DNA from: Ignavibacteriota bacterium
GTDB lineage: Bacteria; Bacteroidota; Ignavibacteria; UBA10030; UBA6906
Assembly: GCA_963801355.1 (NCBI GenBank)
Contig: CAWDEM010000008.1
Location: forward strand, 2,304,001 to 2,368,000
Length of the DNA: 64,000 nt
Reading direction: 5' to 3'
In this document: piece by piece, positions 58,293 to 64,000 of the stretch
Layout: each line of letters starts with the position of its first letter
Numbering within the stretch: the stretch's first letter is position 1
Translations under genes and position numbers: made by a program
Notes under the pieces: model-generated
The model's input: the letters and a program-made list of their open reading frames with translations, nothing else
What the model was told of the DNA's origin: nothing
Databases searched by the model: none

Positions 58293-61010
58293 CTAGGGTG
58301 TCCTGGAGGCCGGCGACGGTGACGCGCTGTCGGCAGGCCGCCCTGGCTGCACTGCGACCTGCTGCCTGAGCTGCTCGATGCGTGCTTTCAAGCCTGCATC
58401 GTCTGGGTAGTCCCGTTGCAGCATCGTGAGCAGATCAAGTGACTTCTTGTATTCCTGCCGGATGTCATAGATATCGAGCAATACACGGTACGGATTGTAG
58501 TAGCTCTGCATGTTGGCCTGGCCGTTGTCGATCAGCTGCCGGGCAGTGGTCTCGAGCTCGTTCGCGTACTCGTTGAATTTGTCCGTGCGCCCGAAACGAT
58601 GATAGACGTTGGCAATATCCGACATCAGCTCCCATGCCATGGGAATTTTCGAGCGCGGGATGAGCTGTTCCATCCGGTCGAGGATCTCTATGCCCTTTGC
58701 CGGTTTGGGTTCGACGTTCATGTAGTACATGGCCAGCCGTATGAATGCCGAACGGTAATTCAGCATCAAGCGGGTAGTGTTTTCATCGTAAAGGACACGG
58801 GGATCATTGATGCCACGGAACCTGTAGCCGGACTGTGGTCCGGTGGACGGCTTGTCCGGCTCGTTCATGAGATTCGCCTCGAGCACTTCACGATTCACCC
58901 CCAGGTCTTCGCGGTTGATCTTGCGCGGCTCGAGACGCCACACAAGTCCCTGGAACCAGAGGTATTCGTCAAGACCGATCTTGCTGTCGGGGGAGCAGGT
59001 GACCGCAAAGCAGATCGGGCGTTTCCATTGGTTTGTATAGAGAATGTCACGCACCATGATGTCCTGAATCCGAATCGCACGTGCCCCGCCCACTTCGAGC
59101 GTATGTCGCATCACAAAGCTGATTTTGCCGGTGCGCATCACACTCGTGTCGGGAGGGCCGTATTTCGTCATCGCTTCGGGCGGAACGGGAACGTCCAGCG
59201 TACGTGTCTCCCAGATCACCGGCTGCAGATTATCGATGGCTTTGTCCGTATAACTGATGGGGACGGGCTTGGCATCTTTGAAATACGGCACCGCCTTCAT
59301 CTGCTTGATGTACCAGTTGGTATTCACCAGACTCAAGTTCACGACACGGACGTCACGCCGCACACCCTCCACATCCTGCAAGTACCAGAGCGGAAAAGTG
59401 TCATTGTCGCCGTTGGTGAAGAGAATCGCGTCTCTGTCGCAACTCTGCAGCATGTTGTAGGAGTAGTCCCATGCCACGTAGTTGCCGGAACGATCGTGTT
59501 CGTGATAGCTCACCTGCAGCAACCTGCCGGGCACGGCAAGGGCAAACACGCCGAGGAGCCCCACCGTCAACCCTGTTTCGAGTCCGGCCTGTTTTCTGAG
59601 CCGCTTCACAAGATCCATCAGCGCCACGGTGCCGATGGAGATCCAGACGGCAAAGACAAAGTATGCGCCGACATAGAAGTAGTCACGCTCGCGCGGCTGC
59701 GGTTCCTGCTGGTTCTGATACAGTGCGAGGATGGGACCGAGAGCAACGAAGGTCACCACCAGCACGAGGGCCATCTTCTTGTCTTTGCGGAAATGGTAGA
59801 ACAGGCCGATCAATCCCACGATGAAGGGAATCCCCAGCGTCTGCTTCGCGCTCACCCCGGAGTCCTGTTCCGATCCGGCGGAACCGATGAAGTTCCACCC
59901 CACATAGCGGAAAAACATGTGACCCAGCTGATAGCGCAACATATAGTCGATATCGCTGCTGTAGTTCTTGTAAATCCCCATCTGATGGGGTTCCTGCGAC
60001 CACCGCCGCGGCATAAACAATGGTGAGTTGCCGTACTGTTCACGGCCCAGATAGGAGGTCAACTGCGCGAGATTCCGCGGGTCGTTCTCGTTCATCGGGG
60101 GATTGGCATTGGACCGGATGAGCACCGACACGTACGTGGTATAGCCGAGAACAATCAGAAGAATTGACAGCAGGGCGATGTGCAGCATCTTCTGCTTCTT
60201 CTGGTAGGAGGTGTATGCACCGTAGCACACCGCCGCCAACGTCAACCAGGGGAGCCAGGCGACCAGGGTGCTCTTCTTGCCCGCGAATTCGCCATCCATC
60301 ATACCGGGGAGCCACTTCACGATGCCCGGGTAGACGACGAAAAAGACAACGACAGAGACAATCCCGAAGCGGATAAATGTGGATGAATTGATCTCGTACT
60401 TGCGGAAATAAATGATCATCAGGACGGGGAAAATCGCCAGCAGCGCCAGGAGGTGGACCCCGAGGGAGAGGCCGATCAGATATGCGATCAAGAGGACATA
60501 TTTCTCGTTACCATCTTCGTCGGCGCGGTCGATCCATCGCATGGCCAGCCAGAGGATCGACGTGAAAAAGAACATACTGGCACCGTACACTTCGGCTTCA
60601 ATGGAGTTGTCCCAGTACGTCGGGATAAACGCAAGTGCCAGCGCGCCAATCGCCGCCGCGCCATGTACGGTCAGACGATCGACAAAAGACTCCGGGATGC
60701 CGCGCCAGTTGGTGATGATGCGCACGACAATCAGATATGTGAAGACGATGGCAATCGCGCTCAGCAGGGCGGAGAACGCATGCGCGCGCACGGCCTGGTC
60801 GGCTGAGACCGGCAGCATCATCGCCACACGGGTCGTCAGGAGGAATAAGGGGGAACCCGGAGGATGAGGCACCTGAAGCATTTTCGCGGCCGCTATGAAC
60901 TCACCGACGTCCCAGAAAACCACTGTGGGCGCAAGGGTGGCAAGATAGACACCAAAAGAGATCACAAACACGAGTGCGGCAATGATGCGGTTGAGCTTGA
61001 AGTCAGCCAT
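58293..61010 (-). CDS. DUF2723 membrane protein (TMEM260-like GT-C glycosyltransferase)
   Basis: Motifs TLAPTV.FWDVGEF, HPPG.PLF, EAEVY, RERDYFY and FTNGDNDTFPLWY; many TM helices; TPR-like C-terminus. Confidence 0.88.
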   Translation of the reverse strand: MADFKLNRIIAALVFVISFGVYLATLAPTVVFWDVGEFIAAAKMLQVPHPPGSPLFLLTTRVAMMLPVSADQAVRAHAFSALLSAIAIVFTYLIVVRIITNWRGIPESFVDRLTVHGAAAIGALALAFIPTYWDNSIEAEVYGASMFFFTSILWLAMRWIDRADEDGNEKYVLLIAYLIGLSLGVHLLALLAIFPVLMIIYFRKYEINSSTFIRFGIVSVVVFFVVYPGIVKWLPGMMDGEFAGKKSTLVAWLPWLTLAAVCYGAYTSYQKKQKMLHIALLSILLIVLGYTTYVSVLIRSNANPPMNENDPRNLAQLTSYLGREQYGNSPLFMPRRWSQEPHQMGIYKNYSSDIDYMLRYQLGHMFFRYVGWNFIGSAGSEQDSGVSAKQTLGIPFIVGLIGLFYHFRKDKKMALVLVVTFVALGPILALYQNQQEPQPRERDYFYVGAYFVFAVWISIGTVALMDLVKRLRKQAGLETGLTVGLLGVFALAVPGRLLQVSYHEHDRSGNYVAWDYSYNMLQSCDRDAILFTNGDNDTFPLWYLQDVEGVRRDVRVVNLSLVNTNWYIKQMKAVPYFKDAKPVPISYTDKAIDNLQPVIWETRTLDVPVPPEAMTKYGPPDTSVMRTGKISFVMRHTLEVGGARAIRIQDIMVRDILYTNQWKRPICFAVTCSPDSKIGLDEYLWFQGLVWRLEPRKINREDLGVNREVLEANLMNEPDKPSTGPQSGYRFRGINDPRVLYDENTTRLMLNYRSAFIRLAMYYMNVEPKPAKGIEILDRMEQLIPRSKIPMAWELMSDIANVYHRFGRTDKFNEYANELETTARQLIDNGQANMQSYYNPYRVLLDIYDIRQEYKKSLDLLTMLQRDYPDDAGLKARIEQLRQQVAVQPGRPADSASPSPASRTP

Positions 61011-61066
61011 GGACGATCGTGCCTTTGCTGTGCATTTCGCGGGATATGCAAATCATGTGAATAAGT

Positions 61067-61095
61067 AAGATACCCAAAATCTGCGGCAGTATCAA
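61067..61095 (-). promoter_or_regulatory. Putative sigma70 promoter for DUF2723-GT4
   Basis: Minus strand TTGATA-N17-TATCTT, with the -35 overlapping the hemW stop. Confidence 0.6.
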
Positions 61096-62270
61096 GAAAT
61101 CATGAGCTGCGAGCAGATTTCATCGCAGAGGAGATACCCCTGCCGCGTCAGGCGGACGGTGCCGTCTCTCAGGACCGCATGCCCACACGCGAGAAGCTGA
61201 TCAATAAAGGCCCGTTGGCCGGCCGAAAACTCGTACCCCAGATCCGCTGCCAGATCCGGCAACGAAAGACCGTCGCTGCGTAAACCCAGGAAAATCCGTT
61301 CGTTTACCAGTTCCCGCGTGCCCAACTCCTCAGCCATCACCACCGGAGACTCTTCCCGCCCGAGAAGGTCACAGTACTCCCCCACCTGCCTGACATTGGC
61401 CCAGCGGCGTGCGCTTCCCGAGCAAGGGTCCGCCCAGAACGAATGTGCAGACGGCCCGAACCCGAGATAGTTGCAATGATGCCAGTAGCCCGCATTGTGC
61501 CGGCTGCGGCACCCGTTCCGGGCGTAGTTCGATACTTCATAGTGATCGTACCCGGCTTCTTCAAAGAGCTCCATCGTCACCGTGTACTGGGCGGCTTCTT
61601 CATCTTCGTCCACCGGCACGACCTCCCCCGCCTGCACCCGCTCCCACAACGGCGTCTGCTCCTCGACAATCAAGCTGTACGCAGACACATGCTCGGGGTT
61701 GAAGACAAGAGTTTCCTTCACCGTTTCCACCCATTGGCCACGCAGCTGACCGGGTACTGCGAAGATGAGATCCACACCGAGGTTTTCGAACCCCGCTGCG
61801 CGCGCATCACTCACACACGCACGGGCTTCCGCAGCGGAGTGTATCCTGCCCAGAAAGGAGAGAATGTGATCGTCAAACGACTGTACCCCGATGCTCAGCC
61901 GGTTGATCCCCAGCTGCCGCAGCAATCGCAGTGATTCACGCGTTGTGGTGCCCGGGTTCACTTCAATGGTCAGTTCGGCATCCGCGGCAATCTCGAAGTG
62001 CCCGCCGATCCCGGAGAGAATCCCCCCGATCTCCTCCTGGGTCAGCAACGACGGAGTGCCACCGCCGATATACACGGTGTCAACGATAGCAGCAGGAACC
62101 CGACGGGAAGCCCCGGCGATGTCTCTCTGCAGCGCCCAGAGGAAGCGATCTTTGTGCCCGGTCCCTTCGACCGAGGAGAAGTCACAATAGGGACACTTCC
62201 GCTCGCAGAATGGCACGTGCACATAGATGCCACAATGAGCCGGCACGTCCGGCAGCCGTCCGGGATTCAC
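61092..62270 (-). CDS. hemW: Radical SAM heme chaperone HemW (HemN-like)
   Basis: Motifs YVHVPFC...CPYCDF, GGGTPS, NRLSIGVQSF, YEVSNY and HN..YW. Confidence 0.92.
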   Translation of the reverse strand: MNPGRLPDVPAHCGIYVHVPFCERKCPYCDFSSVEGTGHKDRFLWALQRDIAGASRRVPAAIVDTVYIGGGTPSLLTQEEIGGILSGIGGHFEIAADAELTIEVNPGTTTRESLRLLRQLGINRLSIGVQSFDDHILSFLGRIHSAAEARACVSDARAAGFENLGVDLIFAVPGQLRGQWVETVKETLVFNPEHVSAYSLIVEEQTPLWERVQAGEVVPVDEDEEAAQYTVTMELFEEAGYDHYEVSNYARNGCRSRHNAGYWHHCNYLGFGPSAHSFWADPCSGSARRWANVRQVGEYCDLLGREESPVVMAEELGTRELVNERIFLGLRSDGLSLPDLAADLGYEFSAGQRAFIDQLLACGHAVLRDGTVRLTRQGYLLCDEICSQLMIS

Positions 62271-62297
62271 GAAGCCGATTCCCTTTCGCCGCCGCCG

Positions 62298-63176
62298 TCA
62301 GTTGATAATCGTGCCGATGCGTGACAACCGTATGGTGGCGAGCTTTGTGAAAATGTTCGCGATGGATACATCAGGATCCCACGACCAGTAGACAATCATG
62401 GGAGTCCCCACGATGTTCTCTTCGGGTATGAATCCCCAGAACCGTCCATCCAGACTGTTATCCCGATTGTCGCCCATGCCGAACAGGTAGGACTGTTCGA
62501 CGGTGTAGTGGTCGACGGGGAGGCCGTCGACAAACACCTTGCCCGGCGCTTCCAGGCTGGCATGATGCCCCTCCCGTCCGATGAACACCCTCCATTGTGC
62601 GAAGCTCGATGCGTTCAGGGGGATCACATCGCCTTTCCGCGGAACCGCCATCGGGCCCCAGTTGTCTTCGTTGAATGGCGCGCCGGGCGGGAAGATACGG
62701 TCATCGGCAAGACCTGCCGGCTTCACATGAAACGCATTGAACTTCATGTGCCGCGGAATCGGGGCGGCTTTGCCGTTGATGTAGAGAACACGGTTGATGA
62801 CCTGCACCGTGTCACCGGCGAGAGCGACGGCACGCTTCAGATAGAACATGAACTCCGGTGAACGGATCTCATCCCTCTGTCCGGGGAATTCAAACACGAT
62901 GACATCACCGCGTTCGACGCTCCGGATCGCGGGAACGCGGAACCAGGGGAGGCGTACGTTGGTAAAGGGAATCGTGCGCGGCGTGGTACCGCCGTAGAGG
63001 AATTTGTTCACAAACAGAAAATCCCCGGCCATGATCTCGTTTTCCATCGAACCGGTCGGGACTTCAAACGAGGCAAGCACGAAGCTATTGAGAAAGAAGA
63101 AAGCGACAAGAACGAACACCACATCCTTGAAAAAATCCTTCACCGGATGCTTTTCGTGGGGGGCGGTGGTTGTCAT
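62298..63176 (-). CDS. lepB: Signal peptidase I
   Basis: Motifs VPTGSME, YLKRAVAL.GD and GDNRDNSLDGRFWG; lepA-lepB order. Confidence 0.96.
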   Translation of the reverse strand: MTTTAPHEKHPVKDFFKDVVFVLVAFFFLNSFVLASFEVPTGSMENEIMAGDFLFVNKFLYGGTTPRTIPFTNVRLPWFRVPAIRSVERGDVIVFEFPGQRDEIRSPEFMFYLKRAVALAGDTVQVINRVLYINGKAAPIPRHMKFNAFHVKPAGLADDRIFPPGAPFNEDNWGPMAVPRKGDVIPLNASSFAQWRVFIGREGHHASLEAPGKVFVDGLPVDHYTVEQSYLFGMGDNRDNSLDGRFWGFIPEENIVGTPMIVYWSWDPDVSIANIFTKLATIRLSRIGTIIN

Positions 63177-63182
63177 GGGGTT

Positions 63183-64000
63183 CTATTCATCCTCCATCGA
63201 TAAGACAGCAAGAAAGGCCTCCTGTGGTATCTCCACGCGGCCTACTTGTTTCATACGTCTCTTCCCCTCTTTCTGTTTCTCCAAAAGTTTACGTTTCCGG
63301 GTAATGTCGCCCCCGTAGCACTTCGCAAGGACGTTTTTGCGCATGGGCGAAATGGTTTCCCGGGCTATCACTTTAGACCCGATGGCAGCCTGGATAGCCA
63401 CCTCGAACATCTGCCGTGGGATCAGTTTCCGGAGCTTCACACACAATTTTTTCCCCCACTCGTGGGCTTTGTCACGGTGCACAATCGTCGAAAACGCGTC
63501 GATCGACTCGCCGTTCAAAAGTACGTCCAGTTTTACCAGGTCGGATTCCCGGAAGTCCAGGTATTCATAGTCAAATGACGCATACCCCCGGCTGGTGGAT
63601 TTCAACTTGTCGTAGAAGTCGAAGATGATTTCTGAGAGCGGCATTTCATATTGAAGATCCACGCGTGTGGGATCGAGATAGGTCGTATTCTTGTACACCC
63701 CGCGGCGATCCATGCACAGCTTCATGATGTTGCCGACATACTCCGTGGGGAGAATGATCTGGGCCCGGATGAACGGCTCCTCAACCTTCTCAATTTCCCC
63801 CAGCTCCGGCATATACGAAGGGTTGTCCACCAGGACGACATCGCCCTTTGTCGTCGTCACCCGGTACTCAACGTTGGGAACGGTGTTGATGATGTTCTGG
63901 TCATATTCCCGCTCGAGACGTTCCTGCACGATTTCCATGTGCAGCAGGCCCAGGAATCCGCACCGGAAACCGAAGCCGAGCGCCGTCGACGTCTCCGGTT
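63183..64000 (-). CDS. lepA: Elongation factor 4 (5'-truncated by window edge)
   Basis: Motifs [24 protein letters not shown] and [21 protein letters not shown]. Confidence 0.98.
   Translation of the reverse strand, partial: PETSTALGFGFRCGFLGLLHMEIVQERLEREYDQNIINTVPNVEYRVTTTKGDVVLVDNPSYMPELGEIEKVEEPFIRAQIILPTEYVGNIMKLCMDRRGVYKNTTYLDPTRVDLQYEMPLSEIIFDFYDKLKSTSRGYASFDYEYLDFRESDLVKLDVLLNGESIDAFSTIVHRDKAHEWGKKLCVKLRKLIPRQMFEVAIQAAIGSKVIARETISPMRKNVLAKCYGGDITRKRKLLEKQKEGKRRMKQVGRVEIPQEAFLAVLSMEDE

Noticed and set aside
58599-60026. 475-aa plus-strand ORF antisense to DUF2723, and similar long shadow ORFs (6415-7491, 8243-9334, 26918-27883, 31255-32430, 36338-37435, 51234-52364)
   Set aside because: They lie opposite well-supported genes and have no recognisable motifs. 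Long antisense frames are expected from GC-rich codon bias.
61092-62270. HemW as the missing AmmeMemoRadiSam radical SAM enzyme
   Set aside because: The motifs (HVPFC, GGGTPS, YEVSNY, HN..YW) and the lepA-lepB context identify it as the HemW/HemN-like family.
1-64000. Prophage, integron, transposon or defence island
   Set aside because: No integrase, transposase, phage structural, restriction-modification or toxin-antitoxin genes were recognised. The content is core housekeeping with no obvious compositional break.

Overview
This is a gene-dense, GC-rich chromosomal segment made almost entirely of core genes. The gene mix (PorQ/PorV-family protein, DUF2723, DUF5723, DUF3109, GWxTD protein, alpha2-type GlyRS, HslVU, RpoN, HrcA, E. 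coli-type -35/-10 promoters) suggests an Ignavibacteria-like member of the Bacteroidota/Chlorobi group; this is an inference, not a database result. In order, it carries recA(partial)-recX-exonuclease; bioY; prs-rplY-pth-rpsF-rpsR-rplI-korAB-nrnA-pepA-GWxTD-pdxA-ftsE; rpmE-rsmB-kbl-mrp-nifU (minus); a porQ-like gene; amrA-amrB-DUF2520-G1P thymidylyltransferase-ECH-hyp-glyQS-CPBP-TPR-ZIP (minus); glmM-dprA; DUF3109-rpoN-hslVU; a large lipoprotein plus DUF5723 barrel pair; TPR-DUF3467; icd; hrcA-grpE-dnaJ-comEA; pilM-like-rsmD-coaD-fmdB; kdsA-kdsC-kdsD-lptC-lptA-lptB (minus); ispE-TonB/porin-dinB; and lepA(partial)-lepB-hemW-DUF2723-GT4 (minus). I saw no tRNA, rRNA, CRISPR array, integrase or transposase. 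The best leads are: (1) an uncharacterised lipoprotein/DUF5723 outer-membrane pair behind what looks like a complete sigma54 promoter (-24/-12, IHF site, possible enhancer); (2) a separately promoted DUF2723 (TMEM260-like GT-C) plus GT4 pair that may be a protein O-glycosylation module; (3) a probable non-canonical CTG start for dprA; (4) an FmdB zinc-ribbon protein with a 10x hexapeptide Lys/Glu tail; (5) several unusual intergenic structures. All family assignments come from motif recognition by eye and need HMM confirmation.
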